64,000 bases of DNA from an uncultured Phycisphaerales bacterium (lineage in GTDB: Bacteria; Planctomycetota; Phycisphaerae; Tepidisphaerales; Tepidisphaeraceae): contig CAVWVQ010000004.1 of NCBI GenBank assembly GCA_963758525.1, positions 64,001-128,000 on the forward strand. Reading direction: 5' to 3'. Under the pieces are notes generated by a model that saw nothing but the letters and a program-made list of their open reading frames with translations, searched no databases and was not told the origin of the DNA. The position numbers and the translations under genes are program-made. Shown here in pieces: positions 8,591-20,053 of the stretch; within the stretch, counting starts at the first letter, position 1, and every line of letters begins with the position of its first letter.

Positions 8591-10395
8591 GCAATCCCGA
8601 ACCAGTTTCGCCAGATACTGACCGGCTCATCGGGAAGTTGGTCGATGGGTTATTGGACCCCGAGCAAACCCGGGGTCTGGAAACACTGCTGAAAAGCAAC
8701 GAAGCGGCACGCGGTCGATATTGCGATCTGGTCATGCTGCACTCGCTGCTGCAATGGCGCACCATGGGCAGCGAAATGGCCCTTGCCTTGGGCGATGACG
8801 ACCAGCCTGCGGCGACGGATTTGCACGCGGCGATGATTTTGCCCGCCATTCGAATCGATGAGCCGATCGTAACAGGTCAACCTTCTCCGGGCTCGCCAAT
8901 GGGGCCAATGGGTGGGCCATCATTGGAGGATCTGGAGATTCCCGCGGCGCGGGAGGGAATGGCGAAATCCGTGCCAGTTGCGTCCGGCACCACCTCTCAC
9001 CCACGGTGGAACTTCATCCGGATGTGGTACGTGGCGGCCTCGGTACTCGTCGTTGCGTCCCTGGCAGCAGTGATCACCTCGGCGGTCATGCGGGAGCGAT
9101 CGCACGCAGCCGACGTTGCGACGTTGACGGGCACCATCGATGCACGTTGGGATGATGCGCCGGCCGGACTGGGCGACGGCGCAGTGCTCCCTTTGCAGCA
9201 GGTCATCTCCCTGCAATCCGGGTGGGCGGAATTGGCATACCCCAACGGCGTGGTGGTCACGATCGAGGGGCCGGCGCGGTTCTCCATCCGGCCCGGACAG
9301 GAATTGTCCCTGGAGCGGGGAAAACTGGTGGCACTGGTCTCCAAGGCTGGACATGGCTTTGCAGTCACCACTCCCTGTGCGCGGGTCGTTGATCTCGGCA
9401 CTGAGTTCGGGGTTGCCGTAGGTTCAACTGGAGAAACCGACGTCGACACGTTTCGCGGCACGGTATCCCTCACGCCCACCGCCGTCGCGTCCGATTCGGC
9501 CTCGACTCTCATCAGCGCCGGCTTCGCACGACGCGTCAGCTCGACCGGAGCCATCGCGGAAGTCCCGATCAACGAGAATGCGTTCGTTCGGCCTCAGCAG
9601 TTTGCTGACTGGAACTCGACGCACCCAGCCGGCTACGAATCATGGCGCGCATACAGCGAACGGCTGCGCCATGATCCGGATCTGGTCGCTTACTACACAT
9701 TCAACAAAGCCGCTCAATCGCCCGATCGGCTGCTCAATCAGTCATCCCTTGGCTCGGCCCTGGATGGCGTTCTAACCAGCGACAAACCCGGAGTTCGCCC
9801 CGCCTGGACAACAGGGCGCTGGCCCGAGAAGGGCGCTTTGGAGTTTAGCGGAAGCGACAACCCGCGGGTGGTCGTGGCCAGCGGGCGCGGGGACCCGCTC
9901 GATTTCTCACGCGGCCAGCAGACAGCCTCTCCAATGACGATTGCCGGCTGGATCCGGCCTGAGGCTGAAGAAAACGCTGCGATCGCTGCCAAAGGCGCTA
10001 GTTTTTCAGAGCAGTTCGCGCTGGAAACGGGGCGCGCCTGGGTCAGACAAACCCCTGGCAATGCCAACGAGCCGCTGAGGAGGGTCTTGACGCCGCCCGC
10101 CGGAGCAGGGGTATGGAGCCAGCTTGTGTTTACCTACGACCCAATTGGGCGCAACACCCGCCTGTATCGCAACGGCGTTCTGATTGGTTATGAGGAAAGC
10201 GCCCCTGCACGGCTGTTGCAGACGGAGGCACCGATGACCATCGGTTGCCGCCCACTCCACTTATCTGACAAGCCGGGCAAGCCTCCGCAGTACATCGGAG
10301 CTTTTCATGGTTGCATGGACGAGCTGCTCATTATGAAAAGAGCGATGTCTGCCGACGAGGTGCGCGAGATGTTTCGAATAGGAAAGCCTGGTTGA
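8587..10395 (+). CDS. FecR-domain anti-sigma factor with C-terminal LamG/concanavalin-like domain
   Basis: N-terminal helical domain, TM (WYVAASVLVVASLAAVI), FecR motifs LQSGWAEL..VTIEGPARF and F.VTTP.ARVVDLGTEFGV; LamG motifs LVAYYTF, MTIAGWI, FHGCMDELLI..RAMS. Confidence 0.85.
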   Translation: MSNPEPVSPDTDRLIGKLVDGLLDPEQTRGLETLLKSNEAARGRYCDLVMLHSLLQWRTMGSEMALALGDDDQPAATDLHAAMILPAIRIDEPIVTGQPSPGSPMGPMGGPSLEDLEIPAAREGMAKSVPVASGTTSHPRWNFIRMWYVAASVLVVASLAAVITSAVMRERSHAADVATLTGTIDARWDDAPAGLGDGAVLPLQQVISLQSGWAELAYPNGVVVTIEGPARFSIRPGQELSLERGKLVALVSKAGHGFAVTTPCARVVDLGTEFGVAVGSTGETDVDTFRGTVSLTPTAVASDSASTLISAGFARRVSSTGAIAEVPINENAFVRPQQFADWNSTHPAGYESWRAYSERLRHDPDLVAYYTFNKAAQSPDRLLNQSSLGSALDGVLTSDKPGVRPAWTTGRWPEKGALEFSGSDNPRVVVASGRGDPLDFSRGQQTASPMTIAGWIRPEAEENAAIAAKGASFSEQFALETGRAWVRQTPGNANEPLRRVLTPPAGAGVWSQLVFTYDPIGRNTRLYRNGVLIGYEESAPARLLQTEAPMTIGCRPLHLSDKPGKPPQYIGAFHGCMDELLIMKRAMSADEVREMFRIGKPG

Positions 10396-10464
10396 AGAAG
10401 TATCGGTTGCAGTCGTTTTAACACTACGGAACACAAGATCTTAAATTCTCAGGGAGAGTGATAA

Positions 10465-13400
10465 ATGCGAGGGTTCATTTCTGACAAAATCGTAGTATCG
10501 AAGCGAAACAAGCGCCTTCTGACCGCCGCGGCGGCGGCTCTGCCGTTGTCTGGGATGCTGCTGAGCCAGTCGGCTTGGGCCGCCAATACCGAGCAGAACG
10601 TCAATAATGGCTCGGCTGATCTCACTAATGCCGCCAGCTACACGCCCACTGGTGTGCCGACCGTCGCCAGCGATGTGACCTTCAACGCGGTGACTTACAC
10701 CCCCGCCGCATTCACGCTCAATAGCAGCCAGACCTTCGGCTCGCTCAACGACCTGAGCTCTACGGCACTGACGATTTCCAACACCAGTTCCAGCGGCACG
10801 GGCGACACCCTCACCCTGGGCGGCACGGGCGATCTTGGCGATGGCGTTCTGGGCTCAAACTCCAGTGACCTTCTTTTCGTCAACACCGGCAGCAACCTGA
10901 CCCTGACGGGCGGCAGCGGCGTAACGGCCTTGGGCCTCGTCCTCGGCCAGAGCGGCAACTTCGATGTCTCGGGCACGGCAACTATTAGCTCTGCCATCAC
11001 CAGCACCGGCACGGCCAACCTGACCAGAACAGGATTGGGACTTCTCACGCTTTCCGGCGGAATCAACAACACCGGAAGCTTCACCAATTCGGGCACTGCG
11101 CCAACTATCTACCCCATCGTGGGAATCGCTGCTCCGCCCGCCGGGTCTACCTACATTAATGGCACGGTCGGCGCCAGTGTGACCGGGATCGTTCAGAACG
11201 GCACTTCGGACCTGGTTCTCAATAATCTTGGCTCGACCTACAACGCAGGCATCACGATTCAGAACGGGGCCGTGCTAATCAGCGTCGGGGCCAACGCGCT
11301 GGGCGCCACGACCGACACCGTTTACCTGGGCAACGGCTCGACGACCTCAAACGCGACGTTGGATTACGCGGGCAACATCGCCGGTTCAGGCGGTGCCAAC
11401 CACACGTTCGTCAACCCCATCACGGTCGGCTCCAAGACCGGTGAGGGCGTGAATGTCATCAGCGCGTCTGACTATAACCTGACACTGAACGGGCCGATCT
11501 CGCTGACCGGCGGCGACCTGACCCTCGCTCCGTTTAATACTGGTAGCAGCACCATCACGGTCACCGGCGGCATCACGGGCACGGGCAACGTGTTCGTTTC
11601 GGACGTGGATAACAAGAACAGCAACATCGTGACCCTCAGCGGCAGCCAGATCAATAACAACGGCACGATCACTTTTAACAACGCACCGATCAACGGTGTG
11701 CTCGCCACCGCCGCCAACACCGGTACGAACGTCGTCAGCGCCAACATTGGGTCCAGTGTCAAGCAAGTCATCGAAAACAGCACCGACCCGCTGCAACTCT
11801 CGGGCGCAAATGCTTACACAGGGCCAACCACGATCTTAACCGGCACGATCAACGAGACGGGCGGGTCACTCGCCTCGACGACCCTGAACGTCGGCGCCGG
11901 CACGTTCAACTACTCGAAAACGGGCGGCACGCAAGGCTTCACGACCACGAACCTCACCGCCGGCGCGACCATCAACAACACGAGCGCCACGGCAACCCTC
12001 AATCTGGGCACGGTGAGCCGCCCGGTCGGCACCGCCGTCGATTTTGGCATCACTGGAACGGTCAACATCGTCAATGCCAACACCGGCACCACAATTCTCG
12101 GCGGCTGGGCCACGACCGGGGGCGGGGCGAACTGGGCGGTCAGCGGCGGCAACGGCAGCACGGCCGGCGCCATTACTGCTCTCGGTGTCTACACCACGGC
12201 GAACGCCACGGCGGCAGCGGACAATGGTGCGGATATCGACGTGAATTTTAGCACGGCAACGAACACCACTGCTTCGGGCGCGATCACCCCGAACAGCATC
12301 CGCTTCAGCGGCGCGGCCGCGAACACGCTTACCTTGACGGGCACGAACGTCGTCGCGACCGGCGGTATCCTTGTTACCCCCAGCGTGGTCGGCAACGCCT
12401 CAACGATCGCCGGCGGGACGCTCGAGGGCTCATCCGGCGGAGACCTGGTCGTCAATCAATGGGATTCCAACGCCGCCGGTACCTTGACCATTTCATCGAC
12501 CATCGCAAACAACGGCAATGCGACCGCATTGACCAAGGCGGGTCCGGGAAAACTAATCCTCTCGACCAACAACAGCTATACGGGCGGCACGTATATCGTC
12601 GGCGGCACCCTTGCTGTCACCGCCGACGGACAACTCGGCGGCGGCACGAGCGGAAGTCCGACCACCATCACGATCAACGGCGGCACCCTGCTAGACAACG
12701 CCGCCGCGAGTTTCACGCTTGGGTCAGGCCACATCTTAAGCATCGGCAGCAGCGGCGGCGGCATCTCTTCCACGGGAGGCTTTAACCAATCCATGGTCCT
12801 GGGGACCACAAACCAGTTGACCGGGAGCGGCACACTTACATTGAACGGGACAGGCGCTGCTAACAGCTCGCTCGTCGTGAGCGCTTCGCAAAGCGGATTT
12901 ACCGGCAACATCGTGATCAACACCGGCCGGCTCGAATTAAACACCAACGGCGTCACCTCACCTCTGGGTAGTGGCACAATCACCATTGTCTCCGGCGCCA
13001 CGCTCGGTGCTTCCATCGTCACCAACTCGAATACCGGCAACACCATCACGAACACAATCTATGTGGCCGGGAACGGCGACAACGGCGCGATCCATAGCAA
13101 GGCGGCGGGTGGGACGACGAATACTTTCAGCGGCCCGATCATCCTCACTGCTAACGCGAGCTTCTATGACGACGTTAATAGCACCAGCATCACGGCTTTC
13201 AGCGGCGGCATCTCCGGACCTTACACGCTGACACTGAGCGGAAGTGGCAGTTATGTCCTGAGCGGTGTGGATACAGAAGCCGCGCTCACCCTCAACAACA
13301 ACGGCGGCACGACCCAACTGAGCGGCAGCGGGACGCTGGGCGCGCCGAACGTCACCCTTAACTTTAGCCAGAACGGCGCCAAACTCGACCTTAACGGCAC

Positions 13401-14538
13401 CAATCAGACGATCGGGACGATCAACAACAACACGGCCACGATCCTCAACAACGGCAGCCAGGCGAGCACCCTGACGATCAACGGCGGCGGCACCACCGCG
13501 ACCGCCTTCAACAATGGAAGCAACACGCTGGGACTCACCGTCGGTGGTGCAAGCACGCTCACGCTGAGTGCGTCAAGCTCCTATTCGGGCGGAACAACGA
13601 TCAACGGAGGCACGCTCGCGCTGACCCCGGCTTCGCCTTCGGTCAATAACATCGCGTCTTCCAAGTTCATCAACGTTGGAAATGCTGCCGCCTTGAACGT
13701 GACCAACGTCGGCGGCGCGGCGCAAACGCGTTCGCGTTGAAAGGCACTGGTACCCAGTCGACCAGTCAGATTCTGGGCGGGACCGGTACCGTGACAGGGG
13801 CCGTCGCCACCGCTAATGGAGCGACTCTTTCCGCGGGAACCGACAGCGGCACGGGAAAAGTGAATGTCGTCGGCGCAAGCTCCACCCTGCTCCCCGCAAC
13901 CGGGACGACCAACACCATCGGGACGTTAACCACCGGCAATCTGGCCCTCGGAGCCTCCACGGGCACCAGCGGCAACCTGGCGATCAAAGTGTCTGATGCG
14001 GCCAGCTCGGGAAACCCCGGGACGGCTGGAACCAATTACGATACGGTTGTCGCGCAAACCATTAGCGTGCCCTCCAATTCGCCCATGCTCCCGGCCAGTC
14101 CCTTCAACGTTCAGTTGCTCGGGTACGGAACCCTCAGCTCACCGGTGGCGAATTCCGCGTCGGTCAATTTCAATTCGAACGCCACATACGTCTGGCAAAT
14201 TGCCTCGTACACCTCCACGACTATCCCGGGCACCGGGGACGGCACGACGGAAGTCCTCACCAACGGCGGCGGTCTGACCGCGCCATCGGCCGTTTCCGGC
14301 CTGTTCAGTCTCGATACCAGCGGATTCGCCAGCGCCAACTCCATCCCCGGAGGCCAGCAGGGCATTCTATCTGGAAGACGTCGGAACCACCGGCGGCGCC
14401 GGAACGCTGGACGTGGTCTACAACGCCACCCCCGAACCCGGGACGGCGGTGCTGGTTCTCGCCGGCGTCGTTCCGATGCTCGGTCGCCGTCGGCGACGCC
14501 GCGGTCGGGATCGGAAGGAAGAAATGCTGGCCCAGTAG
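10465..14538 (+). CDS. Second PEP-CTERM autotransporter-associated beta-strand repeat protein, split by two apparent frameshifts (~13722, ~14361)
   Basis: Signal ..AAAAALPLSGMLLSQSAWAA and beta-strand repeats; continues in ORF 13737 and returns to frame +1 as AFYLEDVGTTGGAGTLDVVYNATPEPGTAVLVLAGVVPMLGRRRRRR...* (stop 14536-14538). Confidence 0.85.
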
Positions 14539-14745
14539 CCCGACGTTCGGGCAGGGACGGCGGGATTCGCAGTGGAGCATATAGTCATCGGCCATCTGGT
14601 GCCCTGCCGCATTCTTGAGGACGGGCACCACGCACCGTTGAAACACCAGCTGGGAGGCTGCCGAAACGCTACTATCGCTTAATTCGCCGTGTTCGGGCTT
14701 GCTAAAATGTGCGCGATGCATCCGGCCGCCCGTCTGGAGGGAACC

Positions 14746-15726
14746 ATGTCATTTATACCCAACGCCCGATCGTCCCCCTATTACAGCGAGCGCCGAGGTT
14801 TTACGCTTGTAGAGCTGCTGGTCGTCATAGGGATTATTGCATTACTGATCGCCCTTCTTTTGCCCGCACTGAACCGAGCTCGCGAGGCAGCCAAGTCAAT
14901 TAATTGCGGTTCGAATCTCCGCCAGATGGGGCAAGCCCTCCTGATGCACGCCAACGACCACCGTCAATACATGCCGTTGGCTGGAGCCCAGTATGCTGGA
15001 CCAGTGCAGTCTTCCGAAGACCTGCCGGCGAATCTGGCCGACAGCCAAGTGCAAAAGTACGACTACTTTATGGATTCCGGCGCCCATCCTGTAGGGGGAC
15101 TGCATCCAACCTCGTTGCCCGCGGCCCTCGCACAGTATCTGGGCGCCCAATCGGTCCGGTCGGACGACTCGACCGATGTGCAAACCGACACCGGCCACGG
15201 GCCCTTGCAGACGATCTTTACCTGCCCATCGGATGAATATGGTATCACGAAGTCGCATAATTGGGTCTATGACCAGTCGCCAGGGGCCCTCTCGTACGTG
15301 ACGGGTTACTCGAGTTACATAGACAATTCGGAGGCCTTTTCCTTTGCTAAGAACCAAAGCGTCCACAATTACGCCGGTATCAGCGGACACTCCCGCGCCG
15401 CCGGCTTTATTCCGGCGATGGCGTATCCCAGTCAGACCGTGCTGATTTGCGACGGATTCGGGGGAGTGGACGGCGCTAATTGCTTTGAGTTCTACGTGCA
15501 CAACACCCCCGGCACGATGGCCGATGCTTACAACGGGACCAAGGGGGGGATCGGACCCAACGCCTTCGACCTCCTCCGCCATCGGGGAAGAATCAACGTC
15601 CTATTTCTCGACGGGCACGTGGAGAACCTCCCGATCCTCAACACCGATGGAACGACCACCGGCCCGGGCGTCAGCGCCTCGGGCGATCTGGCCAGCGTAA
15701 ATGCCAATAACGGCTTTTCGGAATAG
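14746..15726 (+). CDS. Prepilin-type N-terminal cleavage/methylation protein, DUF1559/H-X9-DG family
   Basis: [47 protein letters not shown]-terminal [19 protein letters not shown] precedes ATG 14746. Confidence 0.9.
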   Translation: MSFIPNARSSPYYSERRGFTLVELLVVIGIIALLIALLLPALNRAREAAKSINCGSNLRQMGQALLMHANDHRQYMPLAGAQYAGPVQSSEDLPANLADSQVQKYDYFMDSGAHPVGGLHPTSLPAALAQYLGAQSVRSDDSTDVQTDTGHGPLQTIFTCPSDEYGITKSHNWVYDQSPGALSYVTGYSSYIDNSEAFSFAKNQSVHNYAGISGHSRAAGFIPAMAYPSQTVLICDGFGGVDGANCFEFYVHNTPGTMADAYNGTKGGIGPNAFDLLRHRGRINVLFLDGHVENLPILNTDGTTTGPGVSASGDLASVNANNGFSE

Positions 15727-15737
15727 AGCTGAAAATC

Positions 15738-16283
15738 GTGGGGATCCGCCAGACGATCAATCAGAGTCCAAAGCTGACCGGCGTCATCGCCGGCGTCATT
15801 GCGCTGTTGGCGCTGTTTCTGATTGCGTGGAATCTCTTCGGCCATGGCAATGCCCAAAATACCTACCGCGGCAAAACATTCTTCTCCGATGACGATGGGG
15901 GAACCTGGTTCATCGATGATGCGTCGCGCCTGCCGCCCTTTGATCACAACGGCAAAACGGCCTATCGAGCCGTGCTATACAGATGTGGCAGCGGGAAACC
16001 TTTCGTTGCTTATCTGGGAAAATACTCCGACGCCCAGTTGGCCCGCATGGACGAAATGAAAAAGGAGATAGCCGCGCGCGATCCGGGAGAGGATCCGGAG
16101 CGGCTGGTCGCTAACCTTCCGATGGATGTAAAGAAACCAGGCGATTCCAAGTGGGAGGCCGGGTTCGCGCCCAAAGGCGCAAACTACGATCCCGCGGCCT
16201 ATGAGAAAGTAACAACGGTCGTTTGCCCCCAAGGCGAGGGCACGCCGGTCATGGTGCAAGTGTCTGACTGGGATGTGCAGTAA
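15738..16283 (+). CDS. Hypothetical single-pass membrane protein, apparently co-transcribed with the DUF1559 gene
   Basis: Starts 11 nt after the upstream stop; N-terminal TM (VIAGVIALLALFLIAW); FFSDDDG.TWF motif and two Cys. Confidence 0.7.
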   Translation: MGIRQTINQSPKLTGVIAGVIALLALFLIAWNLFGHGNAQNTYRGKTFFSDDDGGTWFIDDASRLPPFDHNGKTAYRAVLYRCGSGKPFVAYLGKYSDAQLARMDEMKKEIAARDPGEDPERLVANLPMDVKKPGDSKWEAGFAPKGANYDPAAYEKVTTVVCPQGEGTPVMVQVSDWDVQ

Positions 16284-16428
16284 CTCCCGACGCGATCGCG
16301 AATGGTCTCCCCCGACCGATCCAAACTGCAGTCGAGATCTTTCGGCGGCAGGCAAAGTGGGAAGCATATGTCTCTGCACTTGCACGCGATGTCTATGTTA
16401 AACCCCTTTTTCTAAGGAAACTTCACCG

Positions 16429-16794
16429 TCAGCAGTAACAATAGCTTTCCCAATGATTAAGATGTGAAGAAACCGGGGGAGCCGAGATGGGTTCGCGCGG
16501 GCAGCCTACAAGATCACCAACTTCTCCGTAGCTTGCATTGAACTTATCCGCAGTGCCTGCATAGCAGATCGTGTTGCCCTTGCTCTCGCCCAGATACATG
16601 ACGTAAGCGGTGGCGAGCTGGCGCACGTTCAATGCGCATTGAATCGCTTTGGAAGCCTGACGCGCGCGTTTCAGGGCGGGCATCAAGAGGGCGATGAGAA
16701 TGGCGATGATCCCGATGACGACCAACAGTTCGACAAGTGTAAAACCGTTTGGACGCGAGGCACCCGCCGCGGCGGGTAAACTGTGGCACGACAT
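16429..16794 (-). pseudogene. Truncated prepilin-type DUF1559 gene
   Basis: [40 protein letters not shown], then ends after ~120 aa with no CPS or H-X9-DG motif. Confidence 0.7.
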
Positions 16795-17165
16795 CAGTCT
16801 GCGCGGCGAATGAGCGGCGGGATGAAGGGGAGGAGAGCTGCTGCTCACTGATGGCAGCCCGACCAGCAACAGCGGGAAATCAGCGCCGGTGCCATGGGCG
16901 TGCTTGCAAGGCCGCATCGTTCCCAACCTTTCCAAGACGTCGCAATTACGGCGGGCCAGCCCGACTCACTCCGCCGAGCACGATCGTGCTGAATCGCACT
17001 TCTGCCTGTCGGAGTTTCCTCCATGGAAACAGTTTTCTGTTGTACGCCAAATAGGTGCTGAAACAAGGGGGAGAAAAGGCAGTTCCTTATATACTTACGT
17101 CGCGCTGAAAGGTCACCGTGATCTTCAACTTGCTCATGGCCAGCCTCCAAGTCGGACCGCTCTTT

Positions 17166-17199
17166 CCCCCTCTCCTGGTATGGAATACCGGGAGAGGGG
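17166..17199. repeat. CCCCTCTCC...GGAGAGGGG palindromic REP-like unit
   Basis: CCCCCTCTCCTGGTATGGAATACCGGGAGAGGGG; same family as 44862-44976 and 60296-60335. Confidence 0.7.
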
Positions 17200-17273
17200 C
17201 AGAGGAGTTCCGGCAATAGCCGGGCGAAGCGGAACACGCTCGCATGTATGCGTATGTTTTCTCCCAGAAGCTC

Positions 17274-19028
17274 TCAGGTTCGCACGTACGCCTGCAAGGT
17301 CGCACATTCACTTCCCATGGCCTGCCCATCCGGGCGAATCGTGTACGCACCAACGACGGCGGGGACAATGAAAGTCTCGGCGTAGTGCACGACAAACGGC
17401 TCAAACGCGCCGGTGGGGCTTTCCACGATGGCTTGCTCCCCTTCCACCAAATTCAGCACGTGGACGCCGCCGTGCGTGTCGTGCTGCACCGGCCCAGTAA
17501 ACCAATGACGGCGAGTTTCGATAAACTCGCGCCGGTGCAGCCCGGTGCGCTCCTCCCGCCAGCCGGGGCCGGAGGCGAGCGGTTCGACGACACTCACGAG
17601 ATGATCGCTGACCCACGATGTTGTGCAATCCCATTGGATATTGGCTATGCCATGCCGCAGATGGATCGGGCGGGGCCTGCCGTCGAGGCCCAGACGACCC
17701 CAGTCCCACATTTTGAAGGTGAAGATGTAGGGAGTGGCGCTGATCTCGAGAACCATCGACCCCGCTCCGCTGCAATGCACGGTGCCGGCCGGGATCAGAA
17801 AGTGATCGTGCTTTTTCGCGGGGAAGCGGTTGACATATTTCTCGGCGGGAAATGGAGCTCCCCCGGCCTGAGCCTGTTGCAGGTCGTCGAGCATCGCTTC
17901 CCGATCGACTTGCGACTTGATGCCCAGATAGACGCTGGCTCCCGGCTCGGCGTCGAGGATGTAATAGCTTTCGTCCTGCGTGTAATGCATGCCAAAATGA
18001 TGCTGGATATATTCGGTGAGCGGATGCACCTGGAAGGAGAGATTGCCGCCGCCGATCGTATCGAGGAAATCGAAGCGGATGGGAAACTCGTCGCCGAAGC
18101 GAGCGTGGACGGGATCTCCGAGAAGCGCCCTGGGCTGGTGGAACACCAGATCGAGTGACGGTATCTCCAGGCGCAGGTCCGCAAAGCCGAGCAGCAGGCT
18201 GTTCTCTTCCGGAACACAGTCGAAGCACCATCCGTAATTGGTCGCGGTGCGGTCCAAATCACAGAACTGCTTCATCCATTGTCCGCCCCACGGCGCCGGG
18301 TCAAAAAAGGGGACAACCCGAAAAGGCCGCGTGGCCGCATGCTCCAGGGCGCGGCGCACGGCGGCGCCATCGGCCAGCTTCGGCTCGGGGCCGTGGGTGT
18401 CGAGAACATAGTCCCAGCGCGCGATCAGCGGCCGCTTCCAGCGATCGCAGACCCGCCAGTCCACAAAAAATGCGCGTTTGTATTGAAGACTTGCCGCCTG
18501 CGTTTGGTTGCTTGCGCCAAGGTTGGCAACCTGATTCCGCCGGTAACGCAACTGCCCCTCCCAGCGGGAGAGGTCGGCATAGACGAGAATGTCCGGCTGG
18601 GCCACCAGGCTGGCCCCGCATCCCACGATCAGCACCACTCCCGGCCCGGCTTGCGCAGCCTGTGAGCGAAGGTGATCAACCTTGGCGGCATCGAAGAACT
18701 GCGGGAGGGTCAGCCCGCAGAGAAAGCCGAAGACCGGATCATCGCCGCCCAGAAAGGGCTCGATCAGCGCGTCGATCTGTTCGGACGGAAGCATCGCGTC
18801 GGCCGCGTGAAGAGTTAGTGCGGGAGTGAGCCGGGTCGCAAGCTCCCGAAGGACCATTTCTTCGTCCACCCCGGTATAGCACTCCACCACCAGAACAGTT
18901 TTAGCGGCGGCGCGATTCGCGACCGCCTGGCGCAGACGTGCTGCAACCTGCGTCCAGCCCTGCACACAGCAGTTGGCGCCGCCGGGCACTTCGATGAAGG
19001 GGAATTTATCGTAGTTGGATGTTCTCAT
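17274..19028 (-). CDS. Class I mannose-6-phosphate isomerase-like cupin protein (long ~580-aa type)
   Basis: PFFDPAPWGG, FPIRFDFLDT..GGNLSFQVHP, QDESYY, IPAGTVH..G..VLEIS cupin metal-binding motifs. Confidence 0.85.
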   Translation of the reverse strand: MRTSNYDKFPFIEVPGGANCCVQGWTQVAARLRQAVANRAAAKTVLVVECYTGVDEEMVLRELATRLTPALTLHAADAMLPSEQIDALIEPFLGGDDPVFGFLCGLTLPQFFDAAKVDHLRSQAAQAGPGVVLIVGCGASLVAQPDILVYADLSRWEGQLRYRRNQVANLGASNQTQAASLQYKRAFFVDWRVCDRWKRPLIARWDYVLDTHGPEPKLADGAAVRRALEHAATRPFRVVPFFDPAPWGGQWMKQFCDLDRTATNYGWCFDCVPEENSLLLGFADLRLEIPSLDLVFHQPRALLGDPVHARFGDEFPIRFDFLDTIGGGNLSFQVHPLTEYIQHHFGMHYTQDESYYILDAEPGASVYLGIKSQVDREAMLDDLQQAQAGGAPFPAEKYVNRFPAKKHDHFLIPAGTVHCSGAGSMVLEISATPYIFTFKMWDWGRLGLDGRPRPIHLRHGIANIQWDCTTSWVSDHLVSVVEPLASGPGWREERTGLHRREFIETRRHWFTGPVQHDTHGGVHVLNLVEGEQAIVESPTGAFEPFVVHYAETFIVPAVVGAYTIRPDGQAMGSECATLQAYVRT

Positions 19029-19975
19029 GTGAAAAGCGCCGGATGAATTTGACGGAACAACGCCTCCGCGCCAACCAGTGCCGCATCATCCCCCAACGCA
19101 GCGGTAATGACAGGGATTTGCAACGGAATTCCAGGCATATGCCGGGAGAGGTGTTGTTCCATTGCAGGGAGGATGACGGCGGCGCTGCGGAGGACGCCGC
19201 CGCCGAGCAACACGAGTTGGGGGTCGTAGGCGAGCACGGCGTTTTGCAGCACCACCGCCCAAACTCGAAGGCTTTCTTCCAGCAACGACGCGGAACACGC
19301 GTCGCCATGCCCGGCCAGTGCGAAGAGCGTCTCGAAGTCGATTTTCGTGGCACGGTTCAACGCGCTTCCTGCGAAATCCGGACGTCTTCGCGCGCGTTCC
19401 TCAAGCGTGGCGGTCGAAGCGAGGTCTTCGGCGCAGCCGATGTTGCCGCAACGGCTGCGGGCGCCCTGATGATCGATCGTGCCGTGGCCCAGAACCGTAG
19501 CCGCTCTGTTATTGGCGCCGCGAAGCAGACGGCCTGCCGAGATGACCGCGCAACCGATGCCCGTGCCCAGCGCCAGCATCACAACATCCGTCTTCCCACG
19601 CGCCGCTCCGGCAACCCACTCGCCCAGCAGCGCCACGCGCAAGTCGTTCTCCAGTGCCGTTGGCAGGCCCAGTCTTTGGTCGCTCCATGCGGCGAAATCG
19701 ATATCGGCGGCTCCTGGAAATTTGCCGAAGTCACCCAGCACGCGGGGTTGTTTTGGATCGGCCACAAAGGGGAGCGCCAACGCCGTGCCCTTGCAATACC
19801 GCAGAGCGCCGCCCGCTTCCGTCAGCAACTTTTCCCAGGCACAGGCGACCGCTTCGAGCCGCTCAGACATCGGGCGATCGGCGCGCGCCGGGAGCCGCAG
19901 TCGCGCCAGGACGGCTCCCTCTCGCACGATTCCCAGCTTGATCGTCGTCCCCCCAAAGTCGGCGGCAAGAATCAT
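19025..19975 (-). CDS. ROK family sugar kinase
   Basis: DFGGTTIK, ALENDL, LGTGIG, GH..RCGNIGCAE; overlaps the downstream gene by ATGA. Confidence 0.88.
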   Translation of the reverse strand: MILAADFGGTTIKLGIVREGAVLARLRLPARADRPMSERLEAVACAWEKLLTEAGGALRYCKGTALALPFVADPKQPRVLGDFGKFPGAADIDFAAWSDQRLGLPTALENDLRVALLGEWVAGAARGKTDVVMLALGTGIGCAVISAGRLLRGANNRAATVLGHGTIDHQGARSRCGNIGCAEDLASTATLEERARRRPDFAGSALNRATKIDFETLFALAGHGDACSASLLEESLRVWAVVLQNAVLAYDPQLVLLGGGVLRSAAVILPAMEQHLSRHMPGIPLQIPVITAALGDDAALVGAEALFRQIHPALFT

Positions 19976-20053
19976 GCGAAGCTCCTCGTCAAACCCGGGG
20001 GCAGTGCAAAGGGGACGAGGATGCGTTGAACTTCCCCGGATTCCAAGCGGTTT

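Noticed and set aside
14746..16794. Diversity-generating retroelement acting on DUF1559 or PEP-CTERM paralogues
   Set aside because: No reverse transcriptase and no near-identical TR/VR pair differing at adenines was seen.
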